From: Bdellovibrionales bacterium
Lineage (GTDB): Bacteria > Bdellovibrionota > Bdellovibrionia > Bdellovibrionales > UBA1609
DNA: 56,005 bases
Reading direction: 5' to 3'
NCBI GenBank assembly: GCA_023299885.1
Contig: JALZUS010000003.1
Coordinates: 1 to 56,005, forward strand
A program made the position numbers and the translations under genes. The notes beneath the pieces were generated by a model. That model was given only the letters and a program-made list of their open reading frames with translations. It had not been told where the DNA came from and did no database searches. Shown here piece by piece: positions 1 through 9,423 of this stretch (position 1 is the first letter of the stretch; each line of letters opens with the position of its first letter).

Positions 1-506
1 GTTAAGTTGTCCGCCATTGCTAAACCTTGCGATTGTGGCACTGCCGATCCTAATGGGCCATTACTAAGATACACACCTTCTGGAAACAAATGAGACTCGC
101 CATGCCCTGTAAGCTGACTATTTATAGATCTAAAACCTTTTAGTTTATCAATACCTAAACCACCCCAATTATAATTGGCGCGTAAAGCATAAAGACCGTT
201 TTCACAATGGCCACCATCATTTACAAAGTGAAAAAGTTCATGCCATTCTTTCTTAGCTTTTTCAGCTTTATAAAACATATAAGCATGAGTGGCTGACATA
301 ATTTCTGCAAAAGCAGAAGGCCCACCAAAGTGACTAGCCGCTCCACCAAGTACAGCCTGCATATCCATCATAGAAACTAAAGCTCTTGTTGCTGTTGGGT
401 CTGCTAGCTTTAAAGCTGTCCCATCTACAAGACTAGCCTCTGTGAAATACTTTGGATGAGAAGCTGGGTTACCAGCAAGCTTTGTTTTACGCTCAATAGG
501 TTTCAT
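1..506 (-). CDS. Transketolase-like TPP enzyme, N-terminal part (runs off window start)
   Basis: Not in the ORF track; translated by hand from ATG 506 (RBS AAAGGA): MKPIERKTKL...ASHFGGPSAFAEIM...NDGGHCENGLYA...FRSINSQLTGHGESH...LSNGPLGSAVPQSQGLAMA, matching transketolase N-domain motifs (HxG, GH, GPLG). Confidence 0.8.
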   Translation of the reverse strand, partial: MKPIERKTKLAGNPASHPKYFTEASLVDGTALKLADPTATRALVSMMDMQAVLGGAASHFGGPSAFAEIMSATHAYMFYKAEKAKKEWHELFHFVNDGGHCENGLYALRANYNWGGLGIDKLKGFRSINSQLTGHGESHLFPEGVYLSNGPLGSAVPQSQGLAMADNL

Positions 507-713
507 AGGTTGTCCTTTTAGTTGTTCAATAATTATTATCACCCCAAAACCGCTAAATAAAGGCCAGAACGACTTATAAAGCTTCAACAGCTCACATCTA
601 TGCCTATAAATAGTGCTGCAAAAGCCCATCTTGCCCTAAAGGCCCTCGCATACTAGTCTGCTTTTCTAACCAGTTAGGCCGACTTTGGAGGTCTGAGACC
701 AGAGGAGAAAATT

Positions 714-1712
714 ATGGATTTAAAAAGTATTCCTAAAGTTGCATTGCATCGTCACCTAGAGCTATCAGTAAGGCATAGCACAATTAAAGAACTTGCCCCA
801 CAATTTGGCTTTGACGTTTCGACTCAAGAAAAATTTGCTGAAAAGTTTTTACTCACTGAACCTATGGCTGACCTTGGCAGCGCTTTAAGTAAATTCTTAG
901 ACACTCAAAAATTATTAGCCTCTGAAGAAATTTTAGAACGCTTGGCTTTTGAAGCTTGTGAAGACGCCGTTAACGAAGGTATTAAAATTTTAGAGCTACG
1001 CTACGCTCCTACATTTGTACGCTTAGGCCACGAAGACAAACTCACTTACGACCAAATCCATAAAGCTTTTGTTCGTGGTATAGAAAAAGCAGAAGCACAA
1101 TTTAATATTGCAGTTGGCTTAATCTGTATTGTTCAAAGAATTTTACCACTAGAAACTGCAGAAGAAATTATCGATTTTGCAATAGCCAACAAAGATACTT
1201 TTGTAGGTGTTGATTTAGCAGACAACGAAGTAGGCTTTGATTGTAAACCTTTTGCACCTTACTTTAAAAAAGCTAAAGAAGCGGGCCTTGGCATTACTAT
1301 CCATAGTGGCGAAGCTAATGTACCAGAAGCTCCTCAATATATTTTAGATGCTGTTAAAGAATTAGGAGCCACAAGAATTGGTCACGGAGTACAAATACAC
1401 AGAGACCAAGCGGTTATTGATTTTGCAAAAGAAAATAATATTACATTAGAGCTTTGCCCTACTAGTAACTGGCTAACCAATGCTACTGGCGAAACTAAAG
1501 ACCATCCATTTAGAAAGATTATGGAAGCCGGCGTTCGTACAACTATTAATACTGATGACCCTGGTATTTTTAATATTGATATGCTTCATGAGTATAAAGT
1601 TTTACAAGACCAACATGGTTTTACATTAGAAGAGTTTAATAAGTGTAATCAATTTGCTTACGAAGCTAGCTTTATCCCTGAAGAGAAAAAAGCTAAGGTT
1701 TGGAAGAGCTAG
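714..1712 (+). CDS. add: Adenosine deaminase
   Basis: PKVALHRHLE, ELRYAP, HSGE, RIGHG, ELCPTSN and NTDDP motifs; RBS GAGGAG. Confidence 0.92.
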   Translation: MDLKSIPKVALHRHLELSVRHSTIKELAPQFGFDVSTQEKFAEKFLLTEPMADLGSALSKFLDTQKLLASEEILERLAFEACEDAVNEGIKILELRYAPTFVRLGHEDKLTYDQIHKAFVRGIEKAEAQFNIAVGLICIVQRILPLETAEEIIDFAIANKDTFVGVDLADNEVGFDCKPFAPYFKKAKEAGLGITIHSGEANVPEAPQYILDAVKELGATRIGHGVQIHRDQAVIDFAKENNITLELCPTSNWLTNATGETKDHPFRKIMEAGVRTTINTDDPGIFNIDMLHEYKVLQDQHGFTLEEFNKCNQFAYEASFIPEEKKAKVWKS

Positions 1713-1720
1713 TAATAATC

Positions 1721-1751
1721 AAAAAAAGCCTTGTGATTCACACAAGGCTTT
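1721..1751. terminator. Intrinsic terminator between convergent genes
   Basis: AAGCCTTGTG-attca-CACAAGGCTT stem with an A7 run on the left. Confidence 0.8.
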
Positions 1752-1775
1752 AAAATTTTAAAATAAACTCAGTAT

Positions 1776-2348
1776 TTAATCTGTATGCGCAAACTCAATA
1801 TTTAAAACTGTTCCTGACTCTCTAAACACATAAAAATTATAATAAGCACAACTCGCAGAGTCTCCACCCTTAGCATCAGATTTTTTAGCATCAAAAATAT
1901 CTGAAATTACAGCCACAGTACTATCTTCTCGCATATACTTACTAAGCTTTTCACTAGCCTCTGAAGCATATTTACTGACACACTCATAAGAACTAAATCT
2001 ATCTTTATTCGCTTCTGAAACATGGCGCTTATAACTTCTAATTCCGCTCTTTTTACTTGTAGAATATTTTCTCTCGCAGCTCTCGTTTTCTTTTTTTAAT
2101 TTTTTAATAAAGAGACCCACATCAAAAGACTTAGCATTATAGGTGCCCACTCTGCTTCCACCATTGTAGCCACATTCACTCATTGCGTTTGCAATATCAG
2201 TAGCAATATTCTCAGGGTAAGTAATTCTCATAGACTCTTCGGACGATCCATTTTTTGCAGCCTGTAATAAAAGCAAAGAGGAAGCGTTTGAAACACTACT
2301 AAAACCAATCGTTGTTAATATTAATAAAAGTAGACTTCTCATATTCAA
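1776..2348 (-). CDS. Hypothetical exported protein
   Basis: Signal-peptide-like N-terminus (SNA-S), 4 Cys; no family recognised. Confidence 0.7.
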   Translation of the reverse strand: MNMRSLLLLILTTIGFSSVSNASSLLLLQAAKNGSSEESMRITYPENIATDIANAMSECGYNGGSRVGTYNAKSFDVGLFIKKLKKENESCERKYSTSKKSGIRSYKRHVSEANKDRFSSYECVSKYASEASEKLSKYMREDSTVAVISDIFDAKKSDAKGGDSASCAYYNFYVFRESGTVLNIEFAHTD

Positions 2349-2407
2349 ACTCCTTGATATAAAGTCAACATTATTAGCTTTAGAGATATGGAGGCAACCT
2401 ATGAGAG

Positions 2408-2845
2408 TTAAGTTGAAATATTTACCGCTTGCTTAAATTGGCTCATAAGCTCAGAAAGCTCTAAACCGCCAATCCTATCAGCGCCAGCCCACTCATGAAG
2501 CTTACGACCACCCCAATATTCTGTTGGGGTATTTTTGTATCTAGGCACTAAATGAATATGTAAATGATCTACCTGGTGGCCCAAATTAAACTGATACAGA
2601 TGCTCTGGCTTTAAAACTCTCATTATCGCCTTACCACCCATAGCTATTAATTGACCCATTTCCTGAGACTCTTCATCTGTTAGTTCTGCCACAGTAATAA
2701 TATGCCTTTTGGGCTCTATAAATAAGTGGCCGCGATAAACTTTTTGAGTGTCTTTGCTAATATTATAATGAGAAAGGTAGAAATATTTACCCTCATAAAT
2801 TACTGGAAACTCTGCTTTATGTTTTTCGCAAATGAGGCAACTCAT
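2408..2845 (-). CDS. HIT-family hydrolase
   Basis: N-terminal CLIC, PKRH, and HLHIH histidine triad. Confidence 0.9.
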   Translation of the reverse strand: MSCLICEKHKAEFPVIYEGKYFYLSHYNISKDTQKVYRGHLFIEPKRHIITVAELTDEESQEMGQLIAMGGKAIMRVLKPEHLYQFNLGHQVDHLHIHLVPRYKNTPTEYWGGRKLHEWAGADRIGGLELSELMSQFKQAVNIST

Positions 2846-3465
2846 ACTAGGCTTCCTTCTTTTAATTTCACTAAACCAATGGCTTCTTTTTCTATATCTG
2901 AGTATTCATGTGAAGCTATGAGCGCTGGGACATTATTTTCTTTTGCGTAAGCGCTAATAATTCTAAAAAGTTTTAATTTATTTTTTTCATCAAGTGCTGA
3001 AAAAGGCTCGTCCATAATGATAGCCTTTGGCTTGCCCGACAAAGCTCTTAATACAGAAAGTCTTTGCCTTTCACCACCAGACATATTTATGGCTTTTTTA
3101 TTATAACAATCATAAATACCTGCCTCTTCAAACCAATCTTTTAATTGGCTTTCTGGCAGCTTATAGTTTCTTGCATTGGCCGCAAACAAGCAGTTTTTTT
3201 CGGCTGTCATATGGTCAAATAAAATTACATCTTGAAAAACTACACCTAAGCCTTTTTCTTTAATGGGTTTGTTAGAAATATTATTACCATCAACCAGGCA
3301 TTCAAAGTCTGTACTCACCAAACTCAAGATAGAATTAATCAGCGTCGACTTTCCTGAGCCAGAGCTACCCACCAATAAAGTGATGCCACCTGATTTAATT
3401 TCAAGGCTATCAATAGCTAATTTAAAATCTCCAATTTTATAGTTTAAGTTTTTTATCGCTAACAT
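2842..3465 (-). CDS. ABC transporter ATP-binding subunit (ThiQ-like)
   Basis: Walker A GSSGSGKST, MSGGERQR signature, IIMDEPFSALD; lies downstream of the permease and binding protein. Confidence 0.88.
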   Translation of the reverse strand: MLAIKNLNYKIGDFKLAIDSLEIKSGGITLLVGSSGSGKSTLINSILSLVSTDFECLVDGNNISNKPIKEKGLGVVFQDVILFDHMTAEKNCLFAANARNYKLPESQLKDWFEEAGIYDCYNKKAINMSGGERQRLSVLRALSGKPKAIIMDEPFSALDEKNKLKLFRIISAYAKENNVPALIASHEYSDIEKEAIGLVKLKEGSLV

Positions 3466-4795
3466 AAGCTAAACTCCAAAATAGGCCAGCTGTTAAGCCA
3501 CCCACTAGTAATAAAAGTAATACGGTAAAGGCTCCAAGCTCTACTTTATAAGAAGACAATACCGTTTTAGAAAACAAAGCTAGAGTAAAATCATTATAAG
3601 ATAAAAACGAAGATACACCAAAGTCCCCCGCCGTCCAAAGCGCTGCAAACGCACCCGCTTTTAAAGCCATTGGCAAAGCTCGCCTCACATAAACAGGCAT
3701 CCACATTTGAAGAGTATTAGAACCCAAGAATAAACCCGATTGATGGGTTTTAAAATGCTCCTGCCAAAAAGATTCAGCAGTGTATCTTATCAAGTGAGGC
3801 AAAAAGAGCAGCGACAAAACAATAGTAATTTTAAAAGCTGCAAACCATTGGCTTATGGGCCCAATTGGATAAATAAGTAATGACAATAATATAGAGCTTG
3901 GCGCCACTACACCCAATAAAAACTTTCTCGTTTTTAATAATGGGTAAAGCAAACCAGCTGTCAAAAAAAAGAGCACTATCAACAAGCCTACAGCTAAAGA
4001 CAAACCAGCTGTCTTTAAACTTAAAAAGCTTAAACTACTAATAAGATCACTGTCTAAATATGAAAATGCTTTTGCCGATAATCCTTCTTTTAATACTGAA
4101 GACAGTAAGTAAAGTGAAGCCACCACCGGCACTATAAGCCCAATGCGCACACCAAAAGAAGAGATATCATAACTTTTAGAAGTTACACTTTGTTTTTTAT
4201 TTCTTAGCAATACAAAAGACAACACAAGCACTATTAAAAACTGTAATAAGGCCAGTAGCGACGCAAGCCCATAATTAGACTTAATTTTAACAGCGTCATA
4301 AATTGCTATTTCCATACTATAGCTAGCCCCATCAAAAAATAAAGGTACAGACAAACTAGTAAATGAAAGCGCAAAAATCATAAAAAACAAAACAAGCACC
4401 TGATACCTTAAGTCATAATAAAAAATAGCCACTAAAGATTTCAACTGTGAAGCCCCTTCAAACAAAGAAAGCTGTAATTTACCCGAAGCCTCTTTTTGCA
4501 TAAGGTAGTAAATACCCATAGAAGCGACTCCAATATTAAGCAGTATATGAGCTGAAACCGTCTGTAAAAACCCAGAGTACTTGCCCGCAAAAGTAAACCA
4601 CTCCATAACAGCAATAATAACCACTAAGGTTGGAAGCATATTGGGAAGTAGATAAATAAAACTAAAAATGCTTTTATTTTTATTATTTTTTATAGATGCA
4701 ATACCTAAAGCACCAATAAAGCCAAAAACAATAGCAATGCTAGCACTTAAAAAAGCTTGAGCTGTATTAAGGCTAACTATCCCAAAAATATCCAT
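3437..4795 (-). CDS. ABC transporter permease with duplicated TM module (ThiP/FbpB-like, divergent)
   Basis: Multiple TM helices, two degenerate EAA-like loops (FEGASQL, FLGSNTL); operon position. Confidence 0.75.
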   Translation of the reverse strand: MDIFGIVSLNTAQAFLSASIAIVFGFIGALGIASIKNNKNKSIFSFIYLLPNMLPTLVVIIAVMEWFTFAGKYSGFLQTVSAHILLNIGVASMGIYYLMQKEASGKLQLSLFEGASQLKSLVAIFYYDLRYQVLVLFFMIFALSFTSLSVPLFFDGASYSMEIAIYDAVKIKSNYGLASLLALLQFLIVLVLSFVLLRNKKQSVTSKSYDISSFGVRIGLIVPVVASLYLLSSVLKEGLSAKAFSYLDSDLISSLSFLSLKTAGLSLAVGLLIVLFFLTAGLLYPLLKTRKFLLGVVAPSSILLSLLIYPIGPISQWFAAFKITIVLSLLFLPHLIRYTAESFWQEHFKTHQSGLFLGSNTLQMWMPVYVRRALPMALKAGAFAALWTAGDFGVSSFLSYNDFTLALFSKTVLSSYKVELGAFTVLLLLLVGGLTAGLFWSLAYVSDKKLKL

Positions 4796-4797
4796 TA

Positions 4798-5799
4798 CTA
4801 CTTATTATTATTCCAAAATTGAAATGCTTCAGACTTTACTTTTGTAACTTCATGCCAATCAGGCCTAAGCTTTAGCTTTGGTAGTTTTTCAAAATCTGCA
4901 TCAGCTTCTACATTTTTAACAACAGGGAACATATAGTTTTTATTACGTATAAACTTTTGAGCCCTTGGCGTAAGCATATACCTCATAAACTTTTTTGCGA
5001 CCTGACAGTTTTTACAAGTTGCTGGCACGCCCATATATTCTACTTGGTAAGGGTGCCCCTCTTCTATTACAGCCACATTATGTGAAAAATCTTTCTCCTC
5101 TTTCATATGATAAATAAGAGAAGTTAAATAAGAGAATGTAGCTTTCACTTTACCTTTTTGAAAAAGACCATAAGACTTAGACCAACCAGGCGCTACATTA
5201 GAAGGCCTTTCTTTTAGTGGTGAATTTTCAGACTTATAACCCCACAATAAAAACTGAATACCTGCAGTACTGTAATTAGGGCCCGGGATGCTTAAGCTAT
5301 TTTTATAAACATCATAAGCTTGGTTAAATGTTTTGTAGGTTTTTGGATTTTCAGATTCTTCAATAAAAGTCATAGGCGCCCAGTTGTAAGCCACTAACCC
5401 GTCTTTTGATATATTTTTAAAATCATCTATAAAATCAACGTCATATAAGCTGGGCTCATCCCATTTAAAATTAGCAAGTGCTTCATCAAAAGAAAATTGG
5501 TCTAAGCCCACAACAAAATCTATTTCTTTTAATTGTTTCAGTTGGCGCAACATAACTGACGACTCTTCAGCTTTAATAAATTCAACTACGCAGTTACATT
5601 CCTTTTGAAATTCTTTAATTAACGACGGACCCGGGCCAAAATTCCCCATAAATGTTGGGTACGTTAAAACTTTTAATCTTGGGCGCTCTGGCTGATTAGA
5701 GTGATCTAATCTATGAAAAGACCATAAAGTAATCGCCAAGAAGGCCACTGATGTAATAACTACTACAAAGAATAACAATTTTTTTTGTGCTGAACTCAT
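4798..5799 (-). CDS. Thiamine-binding-type ABC substrate-binding protein (TbpA/ThiB-like)
   Basis: LTYPTF..FGPGP, FQKECNC, GWSKSY, FSYLTS, HPYQVEY and NYMFPV are characteristic of TbpA. Confidence 0.85.
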   Translation of the reverse strand: MSSAQKKLLFFVVVITSVAFLAITLWSFHRLDHSNQPERPRLKVLTYPTFMGNFGPGPSLIKEFQKECNCVVEFIKAEESSVMLRQLKQLKEIDFVVGLDQFSFDEALANFKWDEPSLYDVDFIDDFKNISKDGLVAYNWAPMTFIEESENPKTYKTFNQAYDVYKNSLSIPGPNYSTAGIQFLLWGYKSENSPLKERPSNVAPGWSKSYGLFQKGKVKATFSYLTSLIYHMKEEKDFSHNVAVIEEGHPYQVEYMGVPATCKNCQVAKKFMRYMLTPRAQKFIRNKNYMFPVVKNVEADADFEKLPKLKLRPDWHEVTKVKSEAFQFWNNNK

Positions 5800-5863
5800 A
5801 GCCCCTTTTACAATTTGACAGATAAGACTTCAAATGATTATTAGGGTTATATAAGGAGCAATT

Positions 5864-6514
5864 ATGAGAAAATTTGCAGTTGTACTATCTGGTTGTGGTT
5901 ATTTAGATGGGTCTGCCATCACAGAGGCTGTCAGCACCTACATAGCTCTTTCTGAGCTAGGCGCTCATTATGAAAGCTTTGCTCCTAACTCTGACTTTAG
6001 CTCTGCAAATCACAGCGACAATACCTCATCTGAAAACAGAAACGCCCTTACTGAGTCTGCCAGAATCACTCGTGGCCAAACAAAACCACTAGCCGATTTA
6101 AAACCTGAAAATTTTGATGCCCTTATTTTACCTGGTGGCTTTGGCGCTGCTCTTAACTTATCGACTTGGGGCACTGAAGGCTCTAAATGTAGTGTTAACG
6201 AAACCTTATCTTCTATAATTAAAAATTTTCATGAAGACTCTAAACCTATTGGCGCTATTTGTATTGCACCCGCTATCGTAGCAAAAGTTTTAGGAAAACA
6301 TGAAGTCGCACTCACTATTGGCAATGATAAAGCTACCGCCACTGAAATTGAAAAAACAGGGGCCCTTCATGAGGACTGTGATGTTGCCGACTATGTTACT
6401 GACCGTGAAAATAAAATTGTAACCACACCAGCCTACATGTACGGTGATGCCAAACCTAGCGAAGTCTTCAAAGGCATTACTGGCTTAGTTAAAGAACTTT
6501 TTGAAATGGCTTAG
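5864..6514 (+). CDS. elbB: ElbB (DJ-1/PfpI superfamily glyoxalase)
   Basis: VVLSGCGYLDG, ESARITRG, PGGFGAA.NLS, AICIAP, TTPAYM. Confidence 0.92.
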   Translation: MRKFAVVLSGCGYLDGSAITEAVSTYIALSELGAHYESFAPNSDFSSANHSDNTSSENRNALTESARITRGQTKPLADLKPENFDALILPGGFGAALNLSTWGTEGSKCSVNETLSSIIKNFHEDSKPIGAICIAPAIVAKVLGKHEVALTIGNDKATATEIEKTGALHEDCDVADYVTDRENKIVTTPAYMYGDAKPSEVFKGITGLVKELFEMA

Positions 6515-7194
6515 ATTTTAAGAGTATTTAAAATACTTAAATGTTCTTTTGACCACCATAAAGATTCAAATAGCTCTACTTCTTTTACGTAATCTAGCTT
6601 CTGCTTTGGTGCGTGAGAGCCATCAAAAGAAATTTCATCAACAGATTCAACAACTTTATCCACAAAACCATATTCTATAGCTTTTTGTGGACTAAAAATT
6701 TCTGTACTTTTAATAAGTTTTTTTAGCAAAGCCGCATCTACCTTTTGAGACCAGCGTGTAAAGCCTCCCCAGCCTGTAGATAAGTTTTGCTTAGACTGCC
6801 AAAAAGCTATCTTTACATCCGGTAAAGCGACCACTTTATCAAAACAGCTTAAAACTTCTAAACCACCACCATAAACATCACCATCAAGATAAGCTATTTT
6901 TTGGTGCTTAAACATATAAAGCGCATCTAGTGCCTCTAGTATTTTTCTATTAATGGCAACGCCCTGCTTTTTAGTTGTTAGCTTTTTATAGGCTTTCAAA
7001 TCACCACCGGCACAAAAGATATTACGCTTTGGTGCACGCCCTGCAGACTGCCATAGCACTGGCTTTAGAGGCAGTTGTTTTAAAAGCTCTAGCAGCTCTT
7101 CTGCCGGCCCTTGGCCAAAGCTATTAGCCGCCTTAGTATTATCAAAAATTAGCTCGGTGTAATTTTCTTTTTCTGTAAATTTAAAAAACTTCAT
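6511..7194 (-). CDS. Enoyl-CoA hydratase/isomerase family protein
   Basis: FCAGGDL and YGGGLE oxyanion motifs, GWGG, YGFVDKVV. Confidence 0.8.
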   Translation of the reverse strand: MKFFKFTEKENYTELIFDNTKAANSFGQGPAEELLELLKQLPLKPVLWQSAGRAPKRNIFCAGGDLKAYKKLTTKKQGVAINRKILEALDALYMFKHQKIAYLDGDVYGGGLEVLSCFDKVVALPDVKIAFWQSKQNLSTGWGGFTRWSQKVDAALLKKLIKSTEIFSPQKAIEYGFVDKVVESVDEISFDGSHAPKQKLDYVKEVELFESLWWSKEHLSILNTLKI

Positions 7195-8183
7195 TACTTA
7201 GTTTTCCCTAATAGCATATTAAAAAAAGCATTTTTTTCTCTATCAGACCTTAATGAAACATGCTCTACATGGCTGCCTGGTTTATCCAAAAATAAACGCA
7301 TACCCCATAGCCCTGTAGTCGAATTTGGCAATACTGAATAACGCATATCTATTAGGACACCGTCCTCACTAACAGAAACCCACTGATCGCTAAACCAACT
7401 AAATATTTTAATATCTCTGTACTGCAAACTATCCTTAGGTAAATGAGAGGCATCCCTGTCCAATACAAAGAGTTTTGCAGAGCTCCCTTTAATAACTTTT
7501 GTTTTTAAAGCTATCCTGGCTGCATCTACATAAACTTTATCTTTATGCTGATACATCGTTCTCCATAAAATAATATTCCCCAAAGATGGTTTTGCTGTAA
7601 CTCTTGCTGGAGAATGCCCCCTAACAATAGCTTGCTTTATTGTAACCTCTTTTGCCCGCTGATGCTGAAACAATCCTAGCATCATATAAACACAACAATA
7701 TGCTAAACCTATTTTAGCCCATTTATTATTTTTTTTAAAATAAGCTAAGGCTACAAAAATTATTAATGGAAATGTAAACAAGGGGTCAATAATGGAAATG
7801 CTATTCCAGGCAATGCGCTTATAACTAAAGGGCCACAGCAACATGGTGCCATAGGATGTGCAGGCATCTAAAATGGCATGCGAGGCATAACCAAAAAAAG
7901 AAAACTTATATAAATCCTTAAAAGACATATATTTTTTAGCAAACACCCATAAAAATAAAGCGCATAACAAAGCACCTATAGGAATAAAAACTAAGGAATG
8001 CGTAAAATGCCTATGGTACAAATACCCAAACATAGGATCTGTGGCCGACCTAAAAAACACATCAAAGTCAGGTGCTGTACCCGCAAAAAAGCCCACTAAA
8101 GTAGCTTTTTTTATATAGCTAGCCCTAGATTCTGAAGCCTGCGAAAAGCCCCCGCCTATTATCAATTGTGAAATTGAGTCCAT
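7194..8183 (-). CDS. Membrane-bound metal-dependent hydrolase (YdjM/DUF457 family)
   Basis: MDSISQ start, APDFD, HRHFTHS, SHAILDACTSYG, IIDP; start moved to ATG 8183. Confidence 0.88.
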   Translation of the reverse strand: MDSISQLIIGGGFSQASESRASYIKKATLVGFFAGTAPDFDVFFRSATDPMFGYLYHRHFTHSLVFIPIGALLCALFLWVFAKKYMSFKDLYKFSFFGYASHAILDACTSYGTMLLWPFSYKRIAWNSISIIDPLFTFPLIIFVALAYFKKNNKWAKIGLAYCCVYMMLGLFQHQRAKEVTIKQAIVRGHSPARVTAKPSLGNIILWRTMYQHKDKVYVDAARIALKTKVIKGSSAKLFVLDRDASHLPKDSLQYRDIKIFSWFSDQWVSVSEDGVLIDMRYSVLPNSTTGLWGMRLFLDKPGSHVEHVSLRSDREKNAFFNMLLGKTK

Positions 8184-8306
8184 ATCAGAAGCAATATAAT
8201 ACGTTTTAAGCACCTATACACCCTTAAATGCCTGTAAAGATTTCGTGATATCTATGAATAAATAATGCGCTATGTCATATTATCCAAACACAAGGAGCCT
8301 ATTAAA

Positions 8307-8588
8307 ATGTTACGACTTAGCCTTATTCTTATATTTGCACTAGGCATAGCCCAGCTGGCCAATACTAGTGATGTTGGTAGCTATGGACAGGCTTCAATCA
8401 ATAAAGCCATCAATATGAAACTAGAAACTAAAAAGACAGCTATAAATAAAGTGTTTGTTTCTGAAGAAGACATTGCTCAAGAAATTACTCGTGCTTTTAA
8501 AGATGGGCGTAAAATTAATAAACAATTAATAGAAAACTATAACCAAACTCTAGGCTCATGCGAAATTGATTTTAGCTGCGTGAAGTAA
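8307..8588 (+). CDS. Small hypothetical exported protein
   Basis: RBS AAGGAG before ATG 8307; hydrophobic N-terminus; C-terminal Cys pair. Confidence 0.6.
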   Translation: MLRLSLILIFALGIAQLANTSDVGSYGQASINKAINMKLETKKTAINKVFVSEEDIAQEITRAFKDGRKINKQLIENYNQTLGSCEIDFSCVK

Positions 8589-8611
8589 TTAAAAGTTAAT
8601 CAAAAAAAGCC

Positions 8612-8627
8612 TGGCACCTTAGCTGCA
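8612..8627 (+). promoter_or_regulatory. Sigma54-like -24/-12 element oriented antisense to the pilin gene
   Basis: TGGCAC-cttag-CTGCA with exact GG-N10-GC spacing. Confidence 0.35.
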
Positions 8628-8634
8628 AGATAGA

Positions 8635-9210
8635 TCAAAGCGCTCCATTCTTTACATTAATAAGCTCTTTAGTGTGACTCATGGTCCAAGTGTCCTCAGT
8701 AGCACCCCCTAATTGCCCGCAAGCACCCATTAGAAAAGTAGCTGGATTAACCCCAGCACCAGGCGGAAATAATGACGTAGCACACAAATCACCAACAACT
8801 ACGCACTGTGTTCCGTAGCCTGCAATGTCTCCAGACAATTTTTCTGAAAAAGTTCTTCTGCAAATATTATGTGTTTCAAACATAATATTTACATTTACAT
8901 ACTGAGAAATACCATTAAGTGAAAATGGCTTAGTAACAGTCGATGCTGTCGATAAATCGCCAATCCTATACTGATATGCACCCTCTGGCAAAAAACCTAA
9001 TGCAATTAGATTATTATAATATGTATTATGTTCTATTCGAAATATTTTTTGACTCGTATAGAGCCCTGCTAAATTTGATTTAGCTTCACTTTGCTTTGCC
9101 TTACGTTGAAACTTCTGGAACTGTGGTACTGCAACAGCTGATAAAATACCAATAATAGCTACAACTATCATCAGCTCTACAAGTGAAAAACCCTTATTAT
9201 TCTGTAGCAT
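8635..9210 (-). CDS. Type IVa pilin
   Basis: Prepilin cleavage site KG|FSLVELMIVVAIIGILSAVAVP, QSEAKSNL helix, Cys residues and DTWTM C-terminus. Confidence 0.93.
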   Translation of the reverse strand: MLQNNKGFSLVELMIVVAIIGILSAVAVPQFQKFQRKAKQSEAKSNLAGLYTSQKIFRIEHNTYYNNLIALGFLPEGAYQYRIGDLSTASTVTKPFSLNGISQYVNVNIMFETHNICRRTFSEKLSGDIAGYGTQCVVVGDLCATSLFPPGAGVNPATFLMGACGQLGGATEDTWTMSHTKELINVKNGAL

Positions 9211-9224
9211 ACGCCCACCTTATC

Positions 9225-9280
9225 AAATGCTATTTAGCAAATAATAATCGGCACAAATCATTATTTGCTAAATAGCATTT
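9225..9280. repeat. Perfect 21-bp inverted repeat with a 14-bp spacer upstream of the pilin
   Basis: AAATGCTATTTAGCAAATAAT (9225-9245) and ATTATTTGCTAAATAGCATTT (9260-9280). Confidence 0.95.
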
Positions 9281-9350
9281 CTCACATTAGTACATTCTTT
9301 TTTTAAATTCCTATATTGATACAAATATCTTTTCCACTACAACACCAAAC

Positions 9351-9380
9351 AAAAAAATCTCTGTTTCACAGAGATTTTTT
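9351..9380 (-). terminator. Intrinsic terminator after citrate synthase
   Basis: AAAAAATCTCTGT-ttc-ACAGAGATTTTTT. Confidence 0.8.
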
Positions 9381-9423
9381 GTTTTTTAAATTACGCGCCG
9401 GGTTTCAAAAAGTAGCCTGGCAC

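Noticed and set aside
5800-5863. TPP riboswitch upstream of the thiBPQ-like operon
   Set aside because: Only 64 bp shared with divergent elbB, and no CTGAGA/ACCTG aptamer core.
6511-7194. Crotonase-family gene as the missing menB
   Set aside because: Has FCAGGDL/GGGLE rather than the MenB FCSGGDQ/GGGH motifs, is short, and is unlinked to the men cluster.
9225-9280. Inverted repeat as transposon ends or a recombinase-inverted switch
   Set aside because: The 14-bp spacer is too short for typical inversion; no transposase, recombinase or target-site duplication was seen.
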